A stretch of 64,000 bases of DNA from a virus. The translations under genes and the position numbers were made by a program. Within the stretch, counting starts at the first letter, position 1. Each line of letters opens with the position of its first letter. Location: the IMG/VR virus record IMGVR_UViG_3300027733_000032. One strand, given 5' to 3'. Shown here piece after piece: positions 22,431 through 35,312 of the stretch. Below the pieces are notes generated by a model that was given only the letters and a program-made list of their open reading frames with translations, ran no database searches and was not told the origin of the DNA.

Positions 22431-24204
22431 CTGTTCTCCAATGCTGCAACTCTTACTTCAAGTTCTTTGATTGCCGCAATCGCGATAGCGGACATTGACA
22501 ACCCATCAAGACCACTGAAGTTTCCTTCAGCATCTATGCGCCCTGCTTGCGGCACTACTTCTGCCACTTCTTCGGCAATAAATCCAATCTGACCCTTATC
22601 CCAGTCTAAGTAACGAGGACACGGACTCTCTATTGAGCCCTGGCAATCTCTGCCACATTTATGAATGAGGTCTTCACCAAACCAGGGGTCAATACCTGCA
22701 TTCTGCCTTGCGCTATTCAAACGTTCCAACGCCTTTACGCGTGTCTCCGTTATTGGCAACTGAGCCATATAATCGTCGTGAATCCACTTATAGGTGACTG
22801 GTCGTAGTTGTTTAACAATATCAAGACTGTTAATAAGTTCTAAACCATTTACTGCCGAACCCGCAGATTGTGGTTTTACAGGCCAATTACTAATGTCTTG
22901 TTTTAATGAACGTGATGACGTGTTTACAATAATTGCATAAAAATTTGAATATGCACTGTCATTATAGTTTCGCAAATATACGTTGTCAACGGAAGCACCT
23001 ACACGGAATTGTGGGGCAATACCAGAAGCATGCAGAGCAATCGATACAGCAGAGCCCCCACTGCCCGCTCTAATGTTGGTGGTTGTGTAGTCAGTAGTGA
23101 CTTCCCTAGTAGAATATATAGTTCCACTGGACGTTATTGATGTGGCAGAAACTGTTCCCCCACTCTGATTCGTAGCAGTAGTGGCAGAAGTGGCAGAAGT
23201 TGCAGTAGCAGCGTTGCCAGTAGTGTTATCGGAAGTTCTCGCACTGTCAACACGAACACCATAAGTATAGGTACCATTCCAGCCCATAAGAGTTGGATAT
23301 GTGCTCGTCCAAGCAATCGCAGCATTAGTATTATTTACTGCACCACCCGAAGGAGAAGTTGACTGAGAGGCATCAAATATTGTATGACTATTTCCATAGT
23401 TTTTCCACGCAAGTTGACCAACAGTGGCAGAGATTGTTCCGTTGGTACTCCAGTTGGCTCTATCAGTAGAAAGATTAGTTGCCGTAGAAGCGTTGCCCGT
23501 CAGCGCAGCAGTAATAGTACCTGCCGTGAAGTTTCCCGAACCATCACGAGCAACAATCGCACTGAATGTATTAGCACTTGTAGCAGTTGTTTTTGAGTTT
23601 GCGATAGAGCCAGCAAGCATCGTATTTGTTACCGTGCCAGTATCGCCAGTAGTAATAACCGTTCCCGTAGTTGCAGGGAAAGTCACAGTCACGGAGCCAG
23701 TTATTGCGGTTGGTTGAATAACTAAAGTTCCGCTAGTGGAGCCGGGCATTGAGATACTAGTAATGCCAGTTAAGCCAAGATTTGCAGATGAACGATTTAG
23801 CGTAATTGCGGTTGTTCCAACGTATGTCGTATCGCCAAGAAGGGCTACCGTGCCCGTGTTATTGGGTAAAGTAATTGTTCTATCGGCTGTGGGGTCAGTA
23901 ACAGTTAATGTTGTTTCGTGAAGATTGTCGGTACCTTCAAAAATAACACTTCCGGTTGTGTAGATATTTCCACGAACATCCAGCGTCTCGGTCGGTGAGG
24001 CAGTACCAATTCCAACACGGTCGGTGGATGAGTCGACCTTGAGTGTTGTTGTGTCAACAGTGATATCGCCAGTAACGTTAAGACTCGCCAGAGTCATAGT
24101 GCTCGTAAAAGCGATAGTCCATTTACCGTCTGCGTAAATCCATGTCTTGTCACCAAACGTATAGGTGTCGTTATCTACTGGGGAGTTAGGAAAATCAATA
24201 GCCA

Positions 24205-24205
<1 letters not shown>
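22427..24205 (-). CDS. Tail fibre with C-terminal intramolecular chaperone (peptidase S74)
   Basis: MAIDFP module; TSSRSLKQDI...LRPVTYKW...GFIAEEVAEVVP...AAIKELEVRVAALE. Confidence 0.85.
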
Positions 24206-27021
<2,816 letters not shown>

Positions 27022-27022
27022 T

Positions 27023-28309
27023 TTAAAGCAATACGTTCGTGTTTGCGGCTTCGCCTACTGGAATTTGAGTAATGTACTTTGCTTCTCTTTCTGGCTTTCT
27101 GAATGTTATTTGCACGGGGTCCGTGGACATGTGTGGATACGAGACTTCTGTAATCAAATAATAATCGTTAAAAGTCGGTATGCCATCAACGTATATCGTC
27201 ATACCAGGGCGGAGAAAAATCCCATTTGTTCTATCCAGAGTTAAAGAACCTTCTACTTCGTAAATGTCATTGTCGGACCTTCTGAAAGTTGGCATTGACA
27301 AAGGTATTAGTGCTTCGGGATACTTTACAGCGGAAAAAATATCACCCGTATCGGCATCGAACAACCACCTCGGAGAACCAGGAAGCGACCCAGGTATAGT
27401 TGCATTGTACGATTCGTAAAAATCTATTTTCTTCTGCGTTGGATACCAATCTTGCGGTATGGCGGGCCAGTGCACATACCAATAATTCATTGCCTTCATA
27501 TCAAAAACATTTGTCTTTGGGTTAAAAATATCAGCACTGGGATTATATTCCGGCCCCCATAGCCCATATATGTATTGATTGGAAGTAAAAAACAATGTCC
27601 CATTGGCCTCAAATAGGGAAAACTTTGCAGATGAGGCAAGGCTACTGAGTACGTCCCATAGCGAATCGGCCTGCTTGTCTGTTCCACCCTTGCTTATTTG
27701 TTTACTTTTTGATGTTTTTTGAACGAAAGATTTTAAATTATATTCTGCTGCGGCTTGAGACACATAAACATGCCCCTCCCCTTTTATGCTACTGGGCTTT
27801 TTGTCTCGTTTCATTTGCTGAATTGCCTTGGTTCTTGCCTCTACGGTTATTGCTGGTGATGCACCAGAGCCAGGGGCAATACTCACCGAAGCAACTTCAT
27901 ATACTTGAGTAACCCAACCAATGTATTTGGTCTTTTCTTCAGCAACTTTATCAAGAGCAAAAGTAGGGCCAGATGGATGGTCGGATATTTGCCCTGTAGG
28001 ACCAACCGGCACATCTTGACCAAAATTTTCATATATTTCTGGCGTAGAACTTTTGAATAAAATATTTTGACCGATATTAAAATAGTTACTTTTGAGCATT
28101 CGGAACTCGGGGTCAAATAACTGGATTGAAATTTGCGGACACAAATCCATTGAATAACTCACGTTTATTGATATGAGCGATTCCGCTATGGGGAATGCGA
28201 GTTCATCACTTATATTCAACCATGAAATAACAAAATCTTGGTCCTGTGAACCAGTGAGTTCATATTCTTTCCCAGTTTGCCTTTCGACTATTTTGAATTC
28301 TGCTGTCAT
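27023..28309 (-). CDS. Baseplate hub (gp27/gpD-like)
   Basis: [22 protein letters not shown]...[10 protein letters not shown]...[10 protein letters not shown]...[24 protein letters not shown]. Confidence 0.7.
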   Translation of the reverse strand: MTAEFKIVERQTGKEYELTGSQDQDFVISWLNISDELAFPIAESLISINVSYSMDLCPQISIQLFDPEFRMLKSNYFNIGQNILFKSSTPEIYENFGQDVPVGPTGQISDHPSGPTFALDKVAEEKTKYIGWVTQVYEVASVSIAPGSGASPAITVEARTKAIQQMKRDKKPSSIKGEGHVYVSQAAAEYNLKSFVQKTSKSKQISKGGTDKQADSLWDVLSSLASSAKFSLFEANGTLFFTSNQYIYGLWGPEYNPSADIFNPKTNVFDMKAMNYWYVHWPAIPQDWYPTQKKIDFYESYNATIPGSLPGSPRWLFDADTGDIFSAVKYPEALIPLSMPTFRRSDNDIYEVEGSLTLDRTNGIFLRPGMTIYVDGIPTFNDYYLITEVSYPHMSTDPVQITFRKPEREAKYITQIPVGEAANTNVLL

Positions 28310-28311
28310 TT

Positions 28312-29715
28312 TTATGTCGCCGAAGCGTCCGTATATACTGCAGTCGTTCTATTGGGGCCACCAGTAGCAACAAGTGAAAGTCTGGCATATTCTACGGGTC
28401 CTCCACCCGCCGTAGTGGTCTTGGGGACAGGAAGCGGTGGGGCCCCAATCGGCGCAAGATAAACGACAGAAACGCGTTCAACTGGGACCTCGGTAAATGT
28501 CATCTCAATTTGTGCCACAGATATCCCCGATGGGGTGCTTGCAGTCCCAGTCGTAAAATCCGTAGCACGTCGTGTGGCCGTCACACTCATATCATTTATC
28601 ACAAACTCTAGCCCACGTCCAAGGTCTTTGCCACGCCGTAATTGTATTGTCAAAAGTTCATCCATGTTAATGAATGTAATCGGAACTTTACGTTGAGCCA
28701 TTTGTCTCAATTTCTGAATCTGTGGTTCTACTGCAATACTCATACCGTCTGGGACAATCGCACCACCAGTCTCAACTCGGTCCGAAGCAATAATGAAACT
28801 CATGCTAACTTTCATTAATGGCCATCTAGCCCAATCTATAAACGGCAGATTTTCGGCACGAGGTATTTCTACCCATTCACTAGCAAGACCATCATATTTG
28901 ATATTTTGTGGAATATAACGGAATAAAAATTCATCCGTGTATGTATTTCCATTAGGATTTAACCATGTTTGTACAAAACCTGGCTTGGTCGATTTTGAAG
29001 TTGCGACACCAGCATAACCAATTGGCATCCTGACAACCAATCGTACTGCCGAATCCATCTCGTATGCCGTAGATGTGTCTGTGTCGTTTGTTCCGTTTCC
29101 AGTCCCACCTCCACCTCCGCCCCCACCATTCCCTGTTCCTGTTTGGTTATTTATGGACGCGTAGTAGGCGTCTCCAGGATTAACGTAGTTGCCACTCACG
29201 TCCCGAGCCAATGTATCCGCATTGAAGTTGCGTCCATTCGTAGGGCCGCTCGCCGCACTACTAGTGCCACCCTGCTGAAAACTTGCATCGCGTCGAGTTT
29301 TTAGTTCTCTATATCTTGTAAGGCTAATAACAGGATAGTTGTTATCCTTAACCGCATTGTATTTACGGAAAAGTTGATTACTCTTCGCCGAGCCAGAATC
29401 TGGATATGTGGAAATACGTAGATAAAAATTATAATCTCCTGCGCCTATTGCGCCGTTATTGGTTGGGTCAAGCAATTTCCATAACGAACACGCATACAGA
29501 TTGGACATATGATTGCCCGGTCCCTTAACTAGACCAACGCTTCCAGTTTTTACCCATTTTGTTTTAGTTGCCTCGTTCGTATCCCCCTGCCTATCCGTAG
29601 TTTTGTAGCCATCAATTGCTGCACGTGGACTCCACGGGTCTAGTTTTTCAATAAAATACATAGGCCACTCCGTTGAAGTGGTTACCCGACCGCCAGAAAG
29701 TCCATCCTCAAGCAT
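28312..29715 (-). CDS. Tail tube initiator-like protein (contractile-tail tube-initiation domain at C-terminus)
   Basis: FLFRYIPQNIKY..LASEWVEIPR..P.IDW...LMKVSMSF..., located immediately after the tape measure gene. Confidence 0.6.
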   Translation of the reverse strand: MLEDGLSGGRVTTSTEWPMYFIEKLDPWSPRAAIDGYKTTDRQGDTNEATKTKWVKTGSVGLVKGPGNHMSNLYACSLWKLLDPTNNGAIGAGDYNFYLRISTYPDSGSAKSNQLFRKYNAVKDNNYPVISLTRYRELKTRRDASFQQGGTSSAASGPTNGRNFNADTLARDVSGNYVNPGDAYYASINNQTGTGNGGGGGGGGTGNGTNDTDTSTAYEMDSAVRLVVRMPIGYAGVATSKSTKPGFVQTWLNPNGNTYTDEFLFRYIPQNIKYDGLASEWVEIPRAENLPFIDWARWPLMKVSMSFIIASDRVETGGAIVPDGMSIAVEPQIQKLRQMAQRKVPITFINMDELLTIQLRRGKDLGRGLEFVINDMSVTATRRATDFTTGTASTPSGISVAQIEMTFTEVPVERVSVVYLAPIGAPPLPVPKTTTAGGGPVEYARLSLVATGGPNRTTAVYTDASAT

Positions 29716-32700
29716 TAGCGTCTCTCCGCGTTACTTTTACCCGTTGCGGCAATTTTTCTCATGACTACATTTGCAATATCTTCGGCATTCGTGCCACTGA
29801 TATTAAACGAATAATTATTGGTCGTGTTCCCGAGGCCGGATGAATCTCCTTGTGAACCAGCAGCACCAACGGCTGTGTACGAATCGCCAATAGCATTTCC
29901 ACCCTGTGGTGGGACAACGTGCAAATGTCGCGTATCTCCGGCACCGTGGAATTCAGCAAAACCACCAGAACTATTTGTCGAGTCTCTATAAGAGACGAGG
30001 TTTTGTCCGGTAATATCCAGCGCCCTACCCGTTACGTGGTCGGACTTCAATGAACCAAGAGCGTAGTTTCTGTAAGACGAGGTAATACTCCTCTTGCCTG
30101 CGAGGCGTGAATTGACGGAATTATGTGAACTCAATGTATTGCCGAGGTTACTCATTGTTGAGTCACCAATACGCCCGCGAGGTGTTCGTGTATCGCCGCC
30201 CTTGCCGATTGCTTCAATTAATAAATCAACAGACGCCTTGAAGGCTTCAGAGGCACCGGCCAAAGTCGTTGCTGCGTCCGCCATCGGGTCAGCGATTGCT
30301 TCTATCTTCAATCGGAACGCATCCCCATTTGCAGTTGCTATTGACGCTATTACGCTCTTCAGTGCATCTACATTTTTGGGGTCCGTCATATCTCGCGCAG
30401 AAGCGTTTTCTATCGCCATTCGCTGAGTGTCCGTAGTACCTGCTAAGAAACCTGACAGCCCTGCTGTGTCGCCGCCCACCAACCCCTGCCCAGACTTTCC
30501 TAGATTTGATGTAACCATCTGAGTAAGGTCGGACAAGGCTCCACGACTGTTTTCTCCGATAAAGCCTTGCAGTTGATTGCCGTCCTTTGTTGTGGCCAGC
30601 ATGTTGAGTACCGGTTCGAGGCCCTCAAGAGCGCCACCAACTTGAGAAAATGCCGTGCCGCCTTTACCAAACATTTTTTCAAATTCTGCAGTGGCTTTAA
30701 TTTGGTCGCCACCATAGAACGTAGTGAGCGCAGTGGATTGGTCTTGCAGGAACTGCAATACGTCTTGTTGACCTAGTCCGCCAGCATTGAATTTATCTCG
30801 TAATCCGAAGGCATTGACGTCTAATTGTTTTTCTGCTTCTATGGAGTCGATTTTACTAGTAAAATATTTTTGTGATGTTTCTCCAAGGCGATTTGACGCA
30901 GAGGCCATCATCTCACGACGCGTATCAATCATTGCTTCGGATAGTTTTTTGATTTGGTCAATCGACTTGGCAGTTGCGTCATATAGGTCAACACCCACCG
31001 CATCTGCCATTTCATTAATTTTGTCTGTCGACACACCAAAAATCTTTGAGAATCTATCAACTTTCTTGATTGATGTATCTTGAATAAATGTAAATGCATC
31101 TGAGTTACGTTGAGTAGTCTCTTCTAATGTTTTGAAAAACTCTTTAATATTCCCCTTTGCCTTTTTGTATTCTTCTTCTGTCATGTCTTTGGCAAATCCA
31201 CTCTTTGCCTTGTACATCACATCAAGCAAGTCCTTTTGTGCGTTGGTTCCAGCCCTGGCTGCGTTCATTATCTGAAAACTAGCGCCGCCCCCTTCTCCAT
31301 CGCCAATCATGCTCTTCTTGCCTGATTTGTCTTCCGCTACTCCCAATTTACTCATTGCTGCAGCCCTGGCACGACTGCCAGCCTGCGCATCAAAAACACT
31401 CTGTTTCATTTTATCTGCCGTCACACTCATGGCCTGACGACGCTTCGCTTCAGTGAATTCGCCACCACGCTTTAGTCTGCCCAGGGCGTCGACCATGCCA
31501 CCAATGGTGTCTTTCATGACGTCTTCAGCAACTGCTTTAGCGCTTGCAATTGCTTCTTTTTTACGTTTCTTGGCAGCGCCAATAAATCCAGTAATGGCAC
31601 CACCAATTAAACCAACCGCCAGACCTGCAACAGGGTTGACCATTGATATAGCACTACCAAGGGCGATGGCGCCTTGTGCTGCTTCGGGGGCCACGCTAGA
31701 TAACAAACCAAGTGCCGCAGATGCACCCATCGCCGTACTTGCTTTGTTATTTATGCCTTTGAAGTTCTTGTAGCCAGCCTCGCCAACCTTGCCGTGTTCG
31801 CCACCAAAAATTCGCTTATAGGTGACCGTTTCGCGTGCTTGACGGAACATATTGGTCTTTTGACTGAGTCTATCCTTGAGTGTTCCAGTTCCATAGCCAC
31901 CAGGAGCGCCAACATTTTGAGGCGTAGCAATGGTGGCTCTATTGAGCCAATTGTTCTTGACACGTTGTGGTATTGGACTACCAGGAACTGCGCGCTCAAG
32001 ATATGGGAGTTTTTTGTATTCGTCGTACGAGATTAATTGCTTACTTGCAGCGCCGCCCGCACCACCGAAGGCACGCGATACGCGTTTTTCCTCAGAGCGT
32101 GCGGCATGTGCTGCGAGTTTCTGCTCGGATGTCATTCCTTGTGTTGCTCGACCAATGCTATTTAATTGTTTAGAACGGGCCGATGCCATACCAGCACTAG
32201 TAATTGGCATACCATTGGGGCCTAGGAGTCCGCCTGCGGATGTTACTCCCGCAGCACCCGGAACTCCACCTACGCCACCAACAGCATTTTGTCCCATTGC
32301 TGCTTGTCTGCGAGCCTTGTTCGCTGCTCGCTGTTGCTGCAGTGCAGTCTGGCCACCAGAAGTGGCCTGTCCTTTAGGCGTAAAACCGGTGACCGTGACA
32401 TTATCTGCCTTGACTGTCATCAATTTTGTTGAGGGCATGACGCCGCCGATGTGTTTGGTCATGCTTCGTTTTGCACCCATTAGGCCAGCAATTACGGCAA
32501 ATGAACCAAACCCACTACCACCGAACATGCCTTTTATGCCGCCAATCAGCGATGTAAAAATGTCAAATATTCTCGTGACACCATCAATGATTTTATTTAT
32601 AAACGGCAATGCGTCTACAAAAGTTTCACGAACACTTCCTGCGTACTTCATAAATACGGTAATGAAATTTCCAATTGCAGTACCGAACTGCAGGAAGTCA

Positions 32701-34001
32701 TCTTTATTTTTTACTATTAAGTCATTCATGTTGCCGAAACCATCTTTAAACATTGTTCCGAGTGGGCGGAATATATTGCCAATCGCTTGCTCCAGAACTC
32801 TTGCACCATCAATCAATGGTCGCAATTTATCTATGACCATATCCCAGCCATCTCTGAATTTGCCCCACCAACCACCCATTCTGCTGAATATTCCTTCAGA
32901 TTGTGGCCCCCATTTGTGAACAAAATTAACAAAAAATTGAGCGGCTCTGTCGACCATTGAAACAATCTTGTCAAATAAACCTTGATTCCCCCCGAAGGCA
33001 GTAATATCACCGCTCAGTTGAATAACTGTGCGTTTAAATATACTTACAAGTTTGTCCAAAGTTTCTTTTGCTGGCTTAAGGAATGGTCCACCTATGTCAG
33101 CGAACATTGTTTTAATTGAGGCGAAAGATGCCTTGAATCGATTAAGCAACGTATCGTTAACTGCAGCCAATTGACCACTCACACCACCCATTGATGCCAG
33201 TTCGCCACTGTTAATCGCGGCTTTTAATTCCTCTACTGTGTCGATGCCCTTTTTCTTTGCTGTCTCCAATGCCTTGGTCATCTGTGGTCCCATGGCTTTT
33301 GCTGCTTCGGTGACCTTCGAGAATGATGCTTTGGGGTCCTGTAGGGCCGCTACGAGGTCGCCAGCAGCCTTCATGCCCTGTTCTAGCGGTTGCCCGGCGG
33401 CGGCAAAGTCACCAAGGCCCTTAAGTAAGTTCTGTGATGCTGCGGTGAACGTACTGGTCTTGGAAATGGACGCAAAAGCCCCCTGGAGGGCCTCTGCGCC
33501 AGCAGCAGCCAGATTGGTGTCATTCATGAGTGAACGCATAGTCACGGAGACTTGCTGGTAGTTTTTCCCACCCTGAAAAGCGAACATTGATTGTTGCTGC
33601 TCTCGCATCGCTGCTGCTGCGGTAGATATTGCAACACCCACTGCGAGGGCTGCTCCTGCAGCACCTTTAGCGACCCATTGGAAGGCTTTCATGGACATAT
33701 TTCCAAGAACGAACGCTCCATGTACCGCCATCATCGCCGCACCAAGGGCAGCGACTTGGACGGTGGCCAACTTTGCGCTCATGCTGACAAATTTTCCGAT
33801 TGCCTTACCGGTTCCGACAACCATTTTATCAACGGAGTCAAAGTGTTTTTTCCACTTAATATTATTTTGGTCAAGAGCGTGAGTTGTCTGTTTCCCGTAT
33901 AGGGCTGCCTTTGCAGACAGTTTGTCCATTTTGTGGCCAACATTATCTAACTTTTGTTCACCCTTTGTTATGATTCTTACCAAAAGGTTGTTAGTAGCCA
34001 T
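29715..34001 (-). CDS. Tape measure protein with C-terminal Zn-peptidase (M15/DD-peptidase-like) domain
   Basis: 1428 aa, Ala/Gly-rich and helical, located after the tail chaperone; C-terminal SDHVTGRALD...HLHV (H-x6-D...H). Confidence 0.85.
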   Translation of the reverse strand: MATNNLLVRIITKGEQKLDNVGHKMDKLSAKAALYGKQTTHALDQNNIKWKKHFDSVDKMVVGTGKAIGKFVSMSAKLATVQVAALGAAMMAVHGAFVLGNMSMKAFQWVAKGAAGAALAVGVAISTAAAAMREQQQSMFAFQGGKNYQQVSVTMRSLMNDTNLAAAGAEALQGAFASISKTSTFTAASQNLLKGLGDFAAAGQPLEQGMKAAGDLVAALQDPKASFSKVTEAAKAMGPQMTKALETAKKKGIDTVEELKAAINSGELASMGGVSGQLAAVNDTLLNRFKASFASIKTMFADIGGPFLKPAKETLDKLVSIFKRTVIQLSGDITAFGGNQGLFDKIVSMVDRAAQFFVNFVHKWGPQSEGIFSRMGGWWGKFRDGWDMVIDKLRPLIDGARVLEQAIGNIFRPLGTMFKDGFGNMNDLIVKNKDDFLQFGTAIGNFITVFMKYAGSVRETFVDALPFINKIIDGVTRIFDIFTSLIGGIKGMFGGSGFGSFAVIAGLMGAKRSMTKHIGGVMPSTKLMTVKADNVTVTGFTPKGQATSGGQTALQQQRAANKARRQAAMGQNAVGGVGGVPGAAGVTSAGGLLGPNGMPITSAGMASARSKQLNSIGRATQGMTSEQKLAAHAARSEEKRVSRAFGGAGGAASKQLISYDEYKKLPYLERAVPGSPIPQRVKNNWLNRATIATPQNVGAPGGYGTGTLKDRLSQKTNMFRQARETVTYKRIFGGEHGKVGEAGYKNFKGINNKASTAMGASAALGLLSSVAPEAAQGAIALGSAISMVNPVAGLAVGLIGGAITGFIGAAKKRKKEAIASAKAVAEDVMKDTIGGMVDALGRLKRGGEFTEAKRRQAMSVTADKMKQSVFDAQAGSRARAAAMSKLGVAEDKSGKKSMIGDGEGGGASFQIMNAARAGTNAQKDLLDVMYKAKSGFAKDMTEEEYKKAKGNIKEFFKTLEETTQRNSDAFTFIQDTSIKKVDRFSKIFGVSTDKINEMADAVGVDLYDATAKSIDQIKKLSEAMIDTRREMMASASNRLGETSQKYFTSKIDSIEAEKQLDVNAFGLRDKFNAGGLGQQDVLQFLQDQSTALTTFYGGDQIKATAEFEKMFGKGGTAFSQVGGALEGLEPVLNMLATTKDGNQLQGFIGENSRGALSDLTQMVTSNLGKSGQGLVGGDTAGLSGFLAGTTDTQRMAIENASARDMTDPKNVDALKSVIASIATANGDAFRLKIEAIADPMADAATTLAGASEAFKASVDLLIEAIGKGGDTRTPRGRIGDSTMSNLGNTLSSHNSVNSRLAGKRSITSSYRNYALGSLKSDHVTGRALDITGQNLVSYRDSTNSSGGFAEFHGAGDTRHLHVVPPQGGNAIGDSYTAVGAAGSQGDSSGLGNTTNNYSFNISGTNAEDIANVVMRKIAATGKSNAERR

Positions 34002-34027
34002 CTTGGATATCCTTACACAATAAAAGA

Positions 34028-34228
34028 CTAGGGTTTATTACGTTTAGCCTCGCGGTCTTGCCTATCGCGGTCGTTCTCTATAACTTTAGCACACGCCATC
34101 AGTAGTAGCCATTCGTCTTCTGTGGTGTTAAGTAATTCGAGCGGATTGACATGCCATAATTCCGCTAGTCTGGCGGAATTTATGACAAACGGGTCTTCAA
34201 CTAGTTCGTCGAAGACCCTTTCGTAGGG
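34028..34228 (-). CDS. Tail assembly chaperone frameshift extension (gpGT-like), -1 frame
   Basis: PYERVFDELVEDPFVINSARLAELWHVNPLELL...EAKRNKP*; no usable start codon; overlaps the end of the 34201..34731 ORF. Confidence 0.8.
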   Translation of the reverse strand, partial: PYERVFDELVEDPFVINSARLAELWHVNPLELLNTTEDEWLLLMACAKVIENDRDRQDREAKRNKP

Positions 34229-34731
34229 TCCTCTGTCTCGACAGTGTCGGAGTATCCTGCAGCATCAAGAATCGCTAGTGCGGCAGACTCTAAGTGAGGG
34301 TCAACCCCGAAAAAAGCGCGTACAGCATCAGGAACAGGACGAGTAGTCTCTGTTGTCGACATAATGATGTCCGAAGCAAAATTTAGACGATTTCCGTCTT
34401 CATCCATTACTTCCTCGTCATCCATAAGAATGCCCGTGGTTGAATTACCAATAACGTAGCAAGCAAACTTTGTTGAGTCCATACCAGCCTTGGTGTCTTC
34501 ACCGGAGTTGCGGCGCCAAGCACGAATCTGATTTTGAGAAATATTCGGAGAAATACGCAACTTGACGCCAGGTCGAGATGGAACTTCTAGGAGTACCGCA
34601 GGACGTTCAACCTTAGTTGAAATTGCATCCTTGAGGCGGTCGAGAGTGGTCTCGCCCTTGGGCTTGGATGTTGACTTGCCAGCCTTTGGTGTTGCTGATG
34701 TGTCGTCTGAGTAAAGTGATTCTGCTGTCAT
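34201..34731 (-). CDS. Tail assembly chaperone (gpG-like)
   Basis: Located between tube and tape measure genes; ends EDPTKGSSTN*. Confidence 0.8.
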   Translation of the reverse strand: MTAESLYSDDTSATPKAGKSTSKPKGETTLDRLKDAISTKVERPAVLLEVPSRPGVKLRISPNISQNQIRAWRRNSGEDTKAGMDSTKFACYVIGNSTTGILMDDEEVMDEDGNRLNFASDIIMSTTETTRPVPDAVRAFFGVDPHLESAALAILDAAGYSDTVETEDPTKGSSTN

Positions 34732-34739
34732 AAGTCATG

Positions 34740-34748
34740 AACTTAGCA
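34740..34748 (-). promoter_or_regulatory. Extended -10 element TGCTAAGTT, probably leaderless, for the tail chaperone gene
   Basis: TGn-TAnnnT 8 nt upstream of ATG 34731; no SD. Confidence 0.4.
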
Positions 34749-34809
34749 CATACAAATCTGCCATAGTGAAACAAAACCTAATTTTATAACTAGAATAAGT
34801 TATTACTTA

Positions 34810-35286
34810 TTAGGAACTTGAACCAGAGGCAACAGTAGAGACACTGAAGGTCATTGAGAATGTGGCCGGAGCACCAGAAGACGAGTCGCCATCAGGCTCG
34901 GTAATGCCTACGAGGAGGGCTCGTGGGTACACTCGGTCGGCACCAATAACTTCGATGTCGCAGTTATAGGTCTTTACGTTGACGTTATAGTACGACTTGC
35001 CAACGAGAGTACGAAGGTTGCGAATCTTGCGAGCAAGACCAGTTGCACCGTCCGAAAGTTCTTGAATGAATTCGTCGTCATAGTGAGCCGTGAGGGTAAT
35101 GTCACCAATTTCAAAAGGAGCACACAGTACTGTGGGGAACTGAGCGCCACCTTCGTAAATCTTTTCAACGGAAGCCGTGATTTCGCCACCAGAAACCTGG
35201 GCGAAACGGAATCCTTCCCACTTAGGGTGAGTGGTGTCTACTGGCGCAATGTCTGCCAGGATTTGCCTCTGAGATACCTTTGCCAT
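34810..35286 (-). CDS. Tail tube protein
   Basis: 158 aa after the sheath; FAQVSGGEITASVEKIY.GG...GDITLT...LLVGITEPDGDSSS. Confidence 0.8.
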   Translation of the reverse strand: MAKVSQRQILADIAPVDTTHPKWEGFRFAQVSGGEITASVEKIYEGGAQFPTVLCAPFEIGDITLTAHYDDEFIQELSDGATGLARKIRNLRTLVGKSYYNVNVKTYNCDIEVIGADRVYPRALLVGITEPDGDSSSGAPATFSMTFSVSTVASGSSS

Positions 35287-35312
35287 TTAATCCTCCGATA
35301 TTCTTAATAAAC

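Noticed and set aside
30094-33902. Plus-strand ORFs (up to 329 aa) within the tape-measure gene
   Set aside because: Antisense to an Ala/Gly-rich gene, with no recognisable motifs or translation signals.
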